64,000 bases of DNA, from contig CAVTBU010000004.1 of the NCBI GenBank assembly GCA_963733035.1, forward strand, positions 384,001 through 448,000, read 5' to 3'. This DNA is from Pirellulales bacterium (GTDB lineage Bacteria; Planctomycetota; Planctomycetia; Pirellulales; PALSA-1355). The notes under the pieces were generated by a model, which was not told where the DNA came from, searched no databases, and saw only the letters and a list, made by a program, of their open reading frames with translations. A program made the translations under genes and the position numbers. Shown one piece after another: positions 1-10,715 of this stretch; within the stretch, counting starts at the first letter, position 1, and every line of letters starts with the position of its first letter.

Positions 1-55
1 TGATCGACAACACCGCGGCAAAGATCGGTCGATCGATGAAGAACCTGGAAAACAC
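1..55 (-). CDS. N-terminus of a second HAE1-family RND efflux transporter (runs off the window)
   Basis: Reverse strand reads GTG-FSRFFIDRPIFAAVLSI, nearly identical to the N-terminus of the RND at 70-3507; purine-rich RBS upstream. Confidence 0.85.
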   Translation of the reverse strand, partial: MFSRFFIDRPIFAAVLSI

Positions 56-69
56 TCGCTACCCTTTTC

Positions 70-3000
70 TCACTCGTATAGAACCGGTTCCGAAGACTCG
101 TCGCTCGTTTGCCTGGTCGCTCTCGAATTGCGACGTGATTTCTTCGGCAAGGTCAGATTCGATAGTGGCCGGAAGACTCGCTTGGGCAATTCCCCGATCC
201 AATGCATGACTCGCGACGCGAAGAACCGCGTCCCGCTGATCCAATCGATTGTGTAGAAAAACACCGGCGTCAAAAACACGCCGAACAGCGTGACACCCAA
301 CATGCCGCTGAACACCGCGGTTCCCAAGGTTTGACGCATTTCCGCCCCGGCACCCGTGGCCAGCATCAGCGGCGCCGCACCGAGAATGAAAGCGACCGAC
401 GTCATCACGATTGGCCGCAACCGCAGTCGGCACGCTTCCAGCGCGGCCTGACGGCGGCTTTCGCCCGATTCGCGTTTTCGTTTGGCAAATTCCACGATCA
501 GAATCGCGTTCTTGCTGGCCAGCCCCACCAGCACGACAAAGCCGATCTGCGTGAAAATGTTGATGTCCATGTGGGCCATATTGACGCCGATGATCGCGCT
601 TAACAGGCACATCGGCACGACCAGGATCACGGCTAGCGGTAGCGACCAGCTCTCGTATTGCGCCGCGAGCACCAGAAACACCATCACGACCGCCAGGGCA
701 AAAATGATCATCGCCGTATTGCCGGCCATCAATTCCAAGAACGCCATTTCGGTCCACTGGGGGGTCATGCCACCCGTCAGCTCCCCAGCCGCCAGTTGTT
801 CCATGATCGCCAGCGCATTTCGAGAACTGACGCCGGGGATACTCGAACCGTTGATCGAAGCCGCCGGATACATGTTGTAGCGCGTGAGTACGAGCGGGCC
901 ATTGACGTGTCGGACCGTGGCCAACGACCCCAGCGGCACCATGCGTCCCTCATTGTTGCGAACCTTCAGCTTGGAAATGTCCTCGAGCTCGTCGCGATAT
1001 GGGAAGTCCGCCTGCACGAGCACTTGCCACGTGCGGCCAAACAGGTTGATGTCGTTGACGTACAGCGAGCCTTGATAGACGCGCAGGGTTTCGGCAAAAT
1101 CGCGGAGTGAAACGCCCTTCTCCATGCACTCGCGCACGTCCGGATCGACGTCGAGCATTGGCACGTTTGCCCGAAATGCCGAGAACGCCTTGGCCATTTG
1201 CGGATGCGCATTGGCGGCTCCGACCAGTTGTTCGGTCTGGGCCTGCAGCGCCGCCGGCCCCAGGTCGCCACGATCCTGGATCATCATCGTGAAACCGCCG
1301 GCGCGGCCCACTCCGCGCATCGGCGGCGGCGGAAATACCTGCACCATGGCGTCGGTGATTTTGGTGAACGCCTGATTCAACTTGCCCACGACCGCCATGC
1401 TCGACCGGCTCGGATCGCGCCGCTTGTGGTATTCGTCGAGCCCGACAAACATCGTGCCGAAGTTCGAACCGGCCGCATTCAATGCGAACGACTGACCGCT
1501 GATGCCGGTCACATGCCGTACGCCGGGAGTCGACATCACGGTTTTTTCGATCTGCCGGATCACCGCGGCCGTCCGTTCCTCGGAAGCCGAGTCGGGAAGC
1601 TGGACGCTGATCAGCAGATAGCCCATGTCCTGACCGGGAATGAATCCCTTCGGCGTGCTGACGAACTGCTGGTACGTGAGCAGGACCATACCTCCGTAGA
1701 CGACGAGCACCAGCACGCTGACTCGCAGTAGCAAGCCGACGCCAAACGTATAGACGACTCCCAGCGCGTCAAAGGCGCGATTGAACGCCCAGAATGCGGT
1801 GCCAAGCACCTTGTTCGCGGGCCACGCCAACAGGATTCCAGCCACGGTACCAAGGGCCGTCGCAACCCAAGGAATCGATTCGGGCGCCCATCCGGCTGCC
1901 AGTGGAGAATTGCCAAGCGGCTCGACCAAACGCGCCCAACCCAACCAGCCACCGGCCGCGGCAAAGGCGAACCAAGGCAAAACGCCCGATCGCTTCTGTT
2001 CTGCCTTGGGGCGCAACAGGAGGGCCGTCAGGGCTGGGCTAAGCGTCAGCGAGTTGAACGCCGAGATGATCGTCGACACCGAGATTGTCAGCGCGAACTG
2101 TCGAAAGAATTGTCCGGTGATGCCACTGATGAAAGCACAGGGCACGAATACGGCGCTAAGCACCGCGGCCACGGCCACCACTGGTCCGGACACCTGTTGC
2201 ATCGCCAGCACCGTTGCCGAACGCGGCGACATGCCCTCCTCGATGTGATGCTCGACTGCCTCGACGACCACAATCGCGTCGTCCACAACGATACCGATGG
2301 CCAACACCAGACCGAACAACGTGAGATTGTTCAAGCTGAAGCCGAATAGCGCCATCGCCGCAAACGTGCCCACGATGGCCACCGGCACCGCCAGCAGCGG
2401 AATGATCGCGCTGCGCCAATTCTGCAGGAATACCAACACCACGATCGCGACCAGAATGATCGCGTCGCGCAGCGCCTTGAACACCTCGTTGATGCTCTCG
2501 CGGGTATACGGTGTCGTGTCGAAGCCAATCTCGAAACCCACTCCGGCTGGAAAGGTCGCCTGCAACTCGCGCATCTTTTCGAGCACCAGGTCGTGCGTTT
2601 CCAGGGCGTTGGCCTCCGGCGTTTGAAAGACCACCAAGAGCACCGTTGGCTGGCCATCAAACATGACGTCGAAGTCTTCGTTCTTGGCTCCCAACTCGAC
2701 ACGGCCGATGTCCTTGATGCGAACCAGCCGCCCCTCGGGCGTGCTCTTGACAATCACATCTTCGAACTGTTTGGCATCCTCCAAGCGTCCTAACGTGCTG
2801 AGCGTGACTTCAATTTGCTGCTCACCGCGTATGGGCGGAGCGCCTATCATGCCGGTTGCGACCTGGGCGTTCTGCTCGCGAATCGCGCGAACGACGTCGC
2901 CGGCCGTCATGCCGCGGGCAGCCAGTTGCTCCGGATTGACCCACACGCGAATGCTGTAGTCTCGCTGGCCCATGATCACGATCTCGCTGACCCCCTCGAC

Positions 3001-3507
3001 GCGCAGCAACTCGTCGCGGATCTGCATCAGGGCGAAGTTACTCAGGTAGAGCTGGTCGTATTGCCGATTCGGCGAAATGACCGACAACCCCATCAACACG
3101 TCCGGAGTTCGCTTGCTCACGCGCACCCCGGTCTGCTTGATCACATCGGGTAAGGAGGGCAGCGCCAGGGCCACGCGGTTTTGCACAAGCACCTGGGCCA
3201 TGTCCAAGTCGACGCCTTGCTGGAACGTTACCGACAGACTGTAACCGCCGTCATTCGTGCAACTCGATGACATGTAGAGCATGCCCTCGACGCCGTTGAC
3301 CTGCTGCTCGATCGGGGCGGCCACGCTTCCAGCCACGTCCTCGGCGCTCGCGCCAGGATAAGCACAAGTGACGCTAACGTTGGGTGGTGAGATGGAGGGA
3401 AACTGGGCCAGCGGTAAATTGAAGACCGCAATCCCACCGGCCAGTGTGATCAGGATCGACAGCACGGAAGCAAAGATCGGGCGATCGATGAAGAATCGTG
3501 AAAACAC
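70..3507 (-). CDS. RND efflux permease, AcrB/HAE1 family
   Basis: 1145 aa; FFIDRPIFA start, GIVVDDAIVVVE (TM4), KNAILIVEFA (TM10), RLRPIVMTS (TM11). Confidence 0.97.
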   Translation of the reverse strand: MFSRFFIDRPIFASVLSILITLAGGIAVFNLPLAQFPSISPPNVSVTCAYPGASAEDVAGSVAAPIEQQVNGVEGMLYMSSSCTNDGGYSLSVTFQQGVDLDMAQVLVQNRVALALPSLPDVIKQTGVRVSKRTPDVLMGLSVISPNRQYDQLYLSNFALMQIRDELLRVEGVSEIVIMGQRDYSIRVWVNPEQLAARGMTAGDVVRAIREQNAQVATGMIGAPPIRGEQQIEVTLSTLGRLEDAKQFEDVIVKSTPEGRLVRIKDIGRVELGAKNEDFDVMFDGQPTVLLVVFQTPEANALETHDLVLEKMRELQATFPAGVGFEIGFDTTPYTRESINEVFKALRDAIILVAIVVLVFLQNWRSAIIPLLAVPVAIVGTFAAMALFGFSLNNLTLFGLVLAIGIVVDDAIVVVEAVEHHIEEGMSPRSATVLAMQQVSGPVVAVAAVLSAVFVPCAFISGITGQFFRQFALTISVSTIISAFNSLTLSPALTALLLRPKAEQKRSGVLPWFAFAAAGGWLGWARLVEPLGNSPLAAGWAPESIPWVATALGTVAGILLAWPANKVLGTAFWAFNRAFDALGVVYTFGVGLLLRVSVLVLVVYGGMVLLTYQQFVSTPKGFIPGQDMGYLLISVQLPDSASEERTAAVIRQIEKTVMSTPGVRHVTGISGQSFALNAAGSNFGTMFVGLDEYHKRRDPSRSSMAVVGKLNQAFTKITDAMVQVFPPPPMRGVGRAGGFTMMIQDRGDLGPAALQAQTEQLVGAANAHPQMAKAFSAFRANVPMLDVDPDVRECMEKGVSLRDFAETLRVYQGSLYVNDINLFGRTWQVLVQADFPYRDELEDISKLKVRNNEGRMVPLGSLATVRHVNGPLVLTRYNMYPAASINGSSIPGVSSRNALAIMEQLAAGELTGGMTPQWTEMAFLELMAGNTAMIIFALAVVMVFLVLAAQYESWSLPLAVILVVPMCLLSAIIGVNMAHMDINIFTQIGFVVLVGLASKNAILIVEFAKRKRESGESRRQAALEACRLRLRPIVMTSVAFILGAAPLMLATGAGAEMRQTLGTAVFSGMLGVTLFGVFLTPVFFYTIDWISGTRFFASRVMHWIGELPKRVFRPLSNLTLPKKSRRNSRATRQTSDESSEPVLYE

Positions 3508-3601
3508 AGCCCGAACCTTTCACCGCCCACGACCGCCGCGCGACTTGGCTCCCTTGGCCAAACGGGGCGGTTGTTGCTCGCAGGAACCTACGCTTCTAGT
3601 G

Positions 3602-4825
3602 TCATCTCGTTTGGCCCGCCGCCGCTTCGGCCATCTCCGACTGTCCGCCGGCGGCCGGTGCCGTGTCGCCGGCGGGTTTCGGATTAACCTCGGCGCCCGG
3701 TCGCACGCGCTGCAAACCGCTAACCACGACACGCTCGCCTGCGGAGATTCCCCCCAGGATCACGCGCTGACTCTTCTGCAGCTTGCCCACCTGCACTCTC
3801 CGATATTGTGCCTTGTTCTGATCGTCGACGACGTACACAAACTTCTGTCCCTGGTCCGTCCCCAAGGCTTGCTCGGGGAGCAGCAACGCGCGATACGGCT
3901 CGCCGATCGGCAAGCGCACGCGCACAAACATACCCGGCGACAGCATCCGATCGGCGTTGCTGAATACGCCGCGGGCCTGCAACGTGCCGGTGCTTGGGTC
4001 GAGTTGATTGTCAAAGTAGTTCACGACACCGTCGTGCGGATATCCGTCCTCGTCAGCCAGGGCCATCTTGACCGGCACGCTCCGTTCATTGCGGGTATTG
4101 ATCGCGCCCTGCTGCTCGGAAGATCTTCGCAGTCGCAGCAGCGTTCGTTCGTCGAGCTCGAAGTAGGCATCCATGGGCTCCATCGAGACGATCGTGGCCA
4201 GCACGGTTTCGTCCGCCCGCACCAGGTTTCCCTGGTCGAGTTGCGTGCGACTAACGCGGCCACTAATCGGTGCCTTGACCTCGCAATAACTCAGGTTCAA
4301 CTTTGCGAGGTCTAAATTGGCCTGCATGATCTCGACCTGCGCCTTGGCTTCCGCCCGATCGCCGGCCACCTGGTCGAACTGCTCTTGGGTAATCGTGCGA
4401 GTCGCGACTGTCTTGCGGGCCCGATCGTAATCGAGCTCGATGCGTTTCAGTCGAGTGGCCGCTTGCAATAAATTTGCTTCGGCACGAGCGACCTCGGCCT
4501 TGTAGAGGCGCGGATCAATTTCGAACATCACCATCCCTTCTTCGACGTCGCGGCCCTCCATGTGTTCAAAGTTGACCTTGTCGATGTAGCCGGTAACTCG
4601 AGCACGCACGTCGATCGTCTTGTCGGCCACGGTGCGACCCGTGAAATCCTCATAGTCAGTCACTTCGCCGGCATGCGGTAATGCAACGAGAACTTCCGGC
4701 GCCGCGGGCGGACCTGGGGGCCCGATTTCGGCCTTGGCCGGCACGCCGCTCTTGGCGCAACCAACGTGGGTCGCGGCCAAGAGCAGCAACAGTAGCCCAC
4801 AGACTTGTCGAACGGCGATCATCAC
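3602..4825 (-). CDS. RND periplasmic adaptor (MFP), probable lipoprotein
   Basis: VRARVTGYI, IDPRLYKA, VKAPISGRVSR, PGMFVRVR motifs; GGAGG RBS at 4836-4840 favours a start at 4825/4822 rather than 4891; lipobox-like HVGC. Confidence 0.93.
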   Translation of the reverse strand: MMIAVRQVCGLLLLLLAATHVGCAKSGVPAKAEIGPPGPPAAPEVLVALPHAGEVTDYEDFTGRTVADKTIDVRARVTGYIDKVNFEHMEGRDVEEGMVMFEIDPRLYKAEVARAEANLLQAATRLKRIELDYDRARKTVATRTITQEQFDQVAGDRAEAKAQVEIMQANLDLAKLNLSYCEVKAPISGRVSRTQLDQGNLVRADETVLATIVSMEPMDAYFELDERTLLRLRRSSEQQGAINTRNERSVPVKMALADEDGYPHDGVVNYFDNQLDPSTGTLQARGVFSNADRMLSPGMFVRVRLPIGEPYRALLLPEQALGTDQGQKFVYVVDDQNKAQYRRVQVGKLQKSQRVILGGISAGERVVVSGLQRVRPGAEVNPKPAGDTAPAAGGQSEMAEAAAGQTR

Positions 4826-5604
4826 GAGCGAGAATCCTCCTCGGGCAGGAGCCCCGAGTTTGCCTTTCGGTTCGCGGTCGAGGCATCGCACTCAACCGAC
4901 TGGCAGTTCTGTTTAAATCGGACTGAGTCGGTGAGGATGCCGTTAAAAACCACGTCGAGAATGTCTTCGGCCTGCGCCTCCGGGGACTTGGTTTGACCGC
5001 TGAAATAGTTGGTAAAAATAGTTCCGTAGAGCAGGTTACCGACCACGTCGGTGATCCGCTCGACCGGCATGCCACGAACCTGCCCGTCGGCAATCAGCCC
5101 TCGATAAATGGCTCGCCAGCGTTCGATGTTGAGCTCGCGATGCTCCATGAACGTGGGGCGCGTACGGTCTTTGAATTGAGCCCGCTCCTGCATCAAGAGT
5201 TCGACAAAAGCGGGATGTTCGGCGAAGAAATCAAGAAAGGCAAGAATGCCGCCGCGGATGCGTTGGAACGAGTCGGTCTCATCGCCGATGCTGGTTTCGA
5301 TGTGCTCGCGAAGCATTCGCATCACACGATCGGCCGCCGCCAGAAACAGGGCTCGCTTGCTGGGAAAGTACCGATAAACCGTTCCCTTCCCGACGCCGAT
5401 CGTCTCGGCGAGCAACTGCGTATCACAATTGGAGTAGCCATGCTCGGCAAACAGCCGCGCGGCCTGGACCAGGATTTCTTCGCGGCGGCCAGCTAGCCGC
5501 TCATCGCATTCAACAGTCTGTTTTTCCGGAGACGGCGCCACGGCACGGCATTCGGTAGGCAGTTTTCGAAGTACGTCAGCCCGACGGACTGACCAGTCAG
5601 TCAA
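4822..5604 (-). CDS. TetR/AcrR family transcriptional regulator (true start probably ~5541)
   Basis: HTH RREEILVQAARLFAEHGY...IGVGKGTVYRYFPSKRALF; stop overlaps the MFP start. Confidence 0.93.
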   Translation of the reverse strand: MTDWSVRRADVLRKLPTECRAVAPSPEKQTVECDERLAGRREEILVQAARLFAEHGYSNCDTQLLAETIGVGKGTVYRYFPSKRALFLAAADRVMRMLREHIETSIGDETDSFQRIRGGILAFLDFFAEHPAFVELLMQERAQFKDRTRPTFMEHRELNIERWRAIYRGLIADGQVRGMPVERITDVVGNLLYGTIFTNYFSGQTKSPEAQAEDILDVVFNGILTDSVRFKQNCQSVECDASTANRKANSGLLPEEDSRS

Positions 5605-5637
5605 CCCATACTAGCACCACCGAACAAAGTTAGTCAA
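5587..5637 (-). promoter_or_regulatory. Sigma70 promoter of the tetR-MFP-RND-RND operon with a palindromic operator
   Basis: Minus strand TTGACT (5637-5632), 18 nt, TAGTAT (5613-5608) with an extended-10 TG; GACTGAC-CA-GTCAGTC inverted repeat at 5587-5602. Confidence 0.7.
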
Positions 5638-5760
5638 TCATTGCACGGATGCGCAAATTCCGCCGTCTTTTGGCTTTACTGCCGGTCTGCTCCCGGCTGA
5701 TGCGCCACGGCGACTTGGGCCGTCGTTTGGACAGGTGATGGCCCAAGCGACCGCGAAAGC

Positions 5761-7860
5761 TCAGGACTTCGACGCCGGCTGCGGAACCAGGCCGAGTTGC
5801 AACCACGCACCGACGAGTTGAACGCTTTCAACCCGAAGTGTCGTTTGCTCGTCTCCCGTCAGCGGCAAACGGATGTCCGTGCCTTCGAGTTCTGGTGTGA
5901 GCACCTTGGCCAGTTTTCGTTCAACCGCCAAACGAAGCGTCTGCTGCCGACCACTGACTACGGGAGCGTTACCGTCGCCCGACGCCAGCGGCCTGACCCG
6001 CACGCGTCCCTCCCGCAGAAACACCATGCGCCCGTCGCGCGCCTCGGGCCGATACGAGACATCAACCGTCATCGCCGGGTATTGAACGTCGGCCGAGTCA
6101 AACTTCGTGACGTACAACCGCACGCGTACGAGCCCCTCCTCGAATCGAAAGTCGCAAGGATCTTCGGCGAAAGCGACGTTGAACGAGTCTTTGCTCTCCG
6201 ATTCGCCCTCTTCCGACGTGCGCCCCATTTTCTCGAGTAACTCGGCTCCCGTCAGTTCGCGCCCTGCCAAACCGACAATTGCCTGCTCTTCAAGGGCCGA
6301 GGCAGCGATGTTGAAGACGACTTGGGCGTCACCTGGAGAAGGCGGCGGCGGCGTAGGCGCACCGAACGTCCGCTGTCCCTCGAGTAAACCTTGCCAACGC
6401 AGACGCCCGTCGGCAAAACGGATGCGAATCTCTGGGCTCGGGCGTAGCGATCGGATCCGCGGGTCACGCAACTGCTTGTAATAGGAAGCGTTAAAGTCCT
6501 TGGCCACTTTATTGGCTTCCTCTTTGACCCGTCCCAGAATTGAACCGCGAGCATACGATGCGCTTTCGCGCTCGGCCTGTGGCCGACGGGCGTACGTCTC
6601 ACTGACCGCCTGGCTGCGTCGACGTGGCAAGCCGGGAGAGTCGATGCTTTCGTATACGATGTCGGTCTTTGCGCCGGCGGTCGCCACCCCTGGCTCCAAG
6701 CCGCGTGCGTCAAGCCGAAACGGCTGGGTCGCCGCCAAACGCGTCGTGGCTCGACTCACCACGCGAACCCGGTCCTGACTTCCACTGGTGCGGGCCGTCG
6801 ACGTGCCGCCAAACTTAAGCAACCAACGCCCGACGGCGCTCGACGGCAAGATCTCCGCGCGCATCGTACCCACCAACCGACCGCTTCCAACGCTACGAGT
6901 GCCCGCGAAAACGTCGTTAACCTGATACGGTTCGTCGATCTCTTGCTTGAATTGCGATTGAAGCCACTCGGCGTCGATTTGCACCTCCAGGTTCGGTCGC
7001 GAAAATTCTTTGCGAATCGAGGCCGTCAGACGCGAGGCCTCACCTAGCCGTTCGCGTTGCGAAACCGCGGCGGCGACGCGCGATGTATCCGACGTCTCAG
7101 TCGCCATGGCTACCAGTAGTTCGCCGAGTTCTCGCCAGGCGGCGGCATGTTGCTGGCGGGTTTCACCCGCCAGATACCCTCGCAACAAGCGGATGTACGT
7201 TCGAGCTGCCAATGAGGCCTCGTAAAGCGTTTCGTCGTCCCAGACGGCCGGGGCCGACTGCCAGCGCGTTTCCAGACGATCGAGCAATTCTCCGACTGGC
7301 TTCACGCCGGAAGCTGGAGACGCCAGTGCCCGCGATTCCGGCCAAAACAAGAAAGTTCCCCACTGGCTGTCGGGGTCGCGCACCGATGGCAAGACTTGTT
7401 CAAACTGGTCGAGTTGCCGTTGCCATTTTTCGCGAGCCGCCTCGAGACCTTCGACGGTGCTCGGCTCGTACTCCTCCGCCAAGCGCACGCATTCGCTTGG
7501 CCACTCTGACTGCGGTGACACGATGAGCTCTTGGGCTCGTTCATCCAGCGCTTTTGCCAGCCGCGCGAACGGCGGCTCACTATATTCCGACACGCGTCCT
7601 GACAGCAGTTCGACGACCGCCGCGGACATCACCTCGGGCTCGCCGCGCTCGCCCGCGAGTAGCTCGTACTGCACGTCGGGCAGGTTCAACGCAGCGGCCC
7701 AGGCATTCCAGTCGGCATGGCTATCGTAGCGATTTCGCACCTCCCGCAGCGCCTGTCGCGCTTCGAAGGCTGCAGGAGTGTCGACTTGCCCACTGGCCGC
7801 TGGGAGGGTCGTGACTGTCAACAAAAACAGTAGCGCGACGGTGGAAAAAAATCGAGCCAT
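5761..7860 (-). CDS. Secreted hypothetical protein (699 aa)
   Basis: Long ORF with signal peptide MARFFSTVALLFLLTVTTLPAASG; helical N-half, beta-rich C-half. Confidence 0.85.
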   Translation of the reverse strand: MARFFSTVALLFLLTVTTLPAASGQVDTPAAFEARQALREVRNRYDSHADWNAWAAALNLPDVQYELLAGERGEPEVMSAAVVELLSGRVSEYSEPPFARLAKALDERAQELIVSPQSEWPSECVRLAEEYEPSTVEGLEAAREKWQRQLDQFEQVLPSVRDPDSQWGTFLFWPESRALASPASGVKPVGELLDRLETRWQSAPAVWDDETLYEASLAARTYIRLLRGYLAGETRQQHAAAWRELGELLVAMATETSDTSRVAAAVSQRERLGEASRLTASIRKEFSRPNLEVQIDAEWLQSQFKQEIDEPYQVNDVFAGTRSVGSGRLVGTMRAEILPSSAVGRWLLKFGGTSTARTSGSQDRVRVVSRATTRLAATQPFRLDARGLEPGVATAGAKTDIVYESIDSPGLPRRRSQAVSETYARRPQAERESASYARGSILGRVKEEANKVAKDFNASYYKQLRDPRIRSLRPSPEIRIRFADGRLRWQGLLEGQRTFGAPTPPPPSPGDAQVVFNIAASALEEQAIVGLAGRELTGAELLEKMGRTSEEGESESKDSFNVAFAEDPCDFRFEEGLVRVRLYVTKFDSADVQYPAMTVDVSYRPEARDGRMVFLREGRVRVRPLASGDGNAPVVSGRQQTLRLAVERKLAKVLTPELEGTDIRLPLTGDEQTTLRVESVQLVGAWLQLGLVPQPASKS

Positions 7861-7869
7861 ACTGGAAAC

Positions 7870-9718
7870 CTATTCCTCGCGGCGCAAGGCGTAATCGTGA
7901 CGTTCCAACTCTCGCCGTCCGGCGAAAATGTGATGCTTGCCGGCGGCAACGACGGTCGCAATCGATCGAATGCCGGCGCGGCCGAGGTGGGCACGTTCGC
8001 GTTCTGCGAGGCGTCTCCAAACAACAGTATTCTCCACAAGCCCGACAGCGGTCCACCTTGCGAGCCGTCGTCCTCGTCGTTCGGTGGTTCCGACGTGGCC
8101 TGAGCATACGATGGCGCCAAGACGTCGTCGAGCCTCGCCATTGCCCACAAGGCACCCGCGGCACCGGCGCGGTCCCTCATCGATTTCCACATTCCGGACC
8201 AGGCGGTCTGGTCTTTCAAAAGTTCACTCCGTGGACCTCCGGCCAGTGTCGAACGCAAGAGTCCCTCGTCCGTGCCAAACAGCATTCGACCTTCTCCCAG
8301 GGCTAGCGCCCGAACGCTAACGACCGAGTCGCTTTCTCCTTCGACAAACAGCGATGCTCCTTCTGGCACCGTCCAAATGTCGTATCCCCCTTTTCGTTCG
8401 TGGCGGACGCGATCGTCGCCCTTGTAAAACCGCGTGAGTGCGCCGGCTACGATCGGCACGTCGCGAACCTGGGCCACGTACAGCGTGCGGTCGCCGTGGG
8501 GCAGAATTTCCGTTTTTGGTCCCTGACGATCGGTGATGTTCAGAATCTCGGGCCCAAGTTGTTCAAAAACCTCGCGACGAAGGTCCACCTGCACGCCCTC
8601 GGGATCATCACGAAGGCCGTCGAGCATATCCTCGAACAATCCGACCCCGTCCGGCCCCGGTTCATTGGCTTCGTCGAACAAGTTGCCGAATCCTTTCATG
8701 GCCTGCGAAAAATTCCATCGCCAGAAAGTGACGCTGGTGATATCGGCAGCGATATATTCCGGCAGTTCCGGCATTGGACCGGGCGGCATGTCGAGCATCC
8801 GGAGCGCTTTCTCGTAGGGGGGGGGAACTTCCATGCGGACTGCGATTTCCCAATCCCGCTGGCTACTCGCCGTGAAGGAAATCCGCCCGGCCAAGGCCTG
8901 GATCGCATCGAAACCGACTTGACGGCTGGAGGCCATTGGATCGGTGGTCGTTTTCTCCGAGGCTCCCTCTTCGGTCGTGCTCGGGGGCGCGTTCGATTCG
9001 GGTTTCGACGTGCTTACCAGTTCCCAAAGTTCCATGGGTCGAATCAACAGCCGCACATCGCCTGGTAGTGACGCGACATCGGTGCCCGCAACAACCATTT
9101 GCTGCCAACTGGGAACGTCGCCCAACGAATTGTCGCGCGTCACGTGCAGCAGTGCGTCAGCCGCGGCGGGAGAATTGGCCACGCCATAAATTCCTGGTGC
9201 GGCAAACAAGACTCGAGGAGACTCGTCATTCCTGTCCGCGGGTGGAGTCAAAGTTGTCAGGGTCGCCCCCGACTGCTTTTCGGTTTTGCTACGAAAGCCT
9301 TGCTCACCAAAGTACTTCGCGGCCGCGGTGAGCGGTCCCTGAGTATCCGAGCCCGTTCCAATGAATATCCAAGCCATTCCCAGTTTGTCGCCGTCCAACG
9401 GAAATACGAACAAACCGCCTGCGTCATGCAGCGATTCGAGTTCGGCCCAATCGAATCCAACCACGGGCGCAAGTTAAGCGGCCCACCCAATTGCCGCCGC
9501 CGCAATTCGGCAATTAACGGCTGGAAGTCCAAACCGGTAAGCGTTTGGCCAATCCGCGTTCGCTGAAACTCCTGGCAGGTCTGCCCGATGTCGCCGCTCA
9601 CAAGCGCCAGGCAGGCCGAACTTGGCACGCGCTCGACGAGACTGGCAATTCCATCGCCCCGGGCAACCGCGCTCGCAAGAAATATTGCCAGGACAAACCC
9701 GAAATGCACCTTGCTCAT
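7870..9718 (-). CDS. Secreted hypothetical protein (Planctomycete type, possibly DUF3352-like), split by apparent frameshifts at ~9460 and ~7890
   Basis: Signal peptide MSKVHFGFVLAIFLASAVARG in ORF 9257-9757 continues into ORF 7818-9464 (GFDWAEL...LRDDPEGVQVDLRREV); restoring one base gives the end VTITALRREE* at 7870, just before the next start. Confidence 0.7.
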
Positions 9719-9986
9719 CAAAAAACCCGCTTCCTCAGCCCCTGTCTCGTGGCCCATTCGCGTGCCGCAAACCGGCGGTACGTTGGGAGGTTACTTGCCC
9801 AGAGCCAAGATTGCAGTTTAATGTATGATGGGAGATTTAGGAAATCTGCGTTAAACTGCCGCGTCCAGGTGCGAATCGGCCAAGAAGGCACCCAGCAAAT
9901 GCCCGTCCCGCATTGGCCGGCGCATAAGATGACGGGGCCATTGTCCACGCCCCTACGTTTTGCCCGACCACCTCTCCGGTTCCCCC

Positions 9987-10715
9987 ATGTCGCTACTCGT
10001 CGCCAAGAACGTTTCGAAGGAATATGGGACCGGATCGGTCAAGGTTCAGGCACTGCGTCAGGTGGACGCGGCCGTTGAACTCGGCGAATTTCTGGCGGTG
10101 ATGGGGCCTTCGGGCTGCGGCAAGAGCACGCTGCTGCATGTGCTCGGTGGCATCGATCCGCCGACCTCGGGCAAGGTGTTGCTCGACGGCAAGGACTTAG
10201 GGGGCCTGGACGACACGGCTCGCAGCATTCTTCGTCGGCGTCGCCTCGGCTTCGTATTTCAGCGGATCAATTTGCTGCCCACACTTTCGGCAGTGGAAAA
10301 CGTGGCGCTTCCGCTGCGCATCGATGGCATCGGCCGCAATATCGCACATGCTCGAGCGGCGAGTTGTTTGGAACGCGTGGACATCGCCCATCGGTCGGCT
10401 CATTACCCCCATGAAATGTCCGGCGGTGAACAACAGCGAGTGGCCATTGCCCGGGCGTTGGTAATCAATCCCGCGGTGATCATGGCCGACGAACCGACCG
10501 GGGCGCTCGATAGCCACACGGCCCATCGCATCCTGGAGCTCTTGGTCGATTGTGCTCGTCAAGGACAGACGATCGTAATGGTCACGCACGACCCAAACAT
10601 GGCCCGGCAGGCCAGCCGCGTGCTGGTTATGCACGACGGCCGCATCCAGGACGCTGCCGACCTTCCTGGTGCCGATCAAGCAGCGAGTCTGCCCACGTGG
10701 GGCGAAACGCGATGA
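9987..10715 (+). CDS. ABC transporter ATP-binding protein, LolD/MacB-like
   Basis: Walker A GPSGCGKS, signature MSGGEQQRVAIARAL, ADEPTGALD, VTHD. Confidence 0.96.
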   Translation: MSLLVAKNVSKEYGTGSVKVQALRQVDAAVELGEFLAVMGPSGCGKSTLLHVLGGIDPPTSGKVLLDGKDLGGLDDTARSILRRRRLGFVFQRINLLPTLSAVENVALPLRIDGIGRNIAHARAASCLERVDIAHRSAHYPHEMSGGEQQRVAIARALVINPAVIMADEPTGALDSHTAHRILELLVDCARQGQTIVMVTHDPNMARQASRVLVMHDGRIQDAADLPGADQAASLPTWGETR

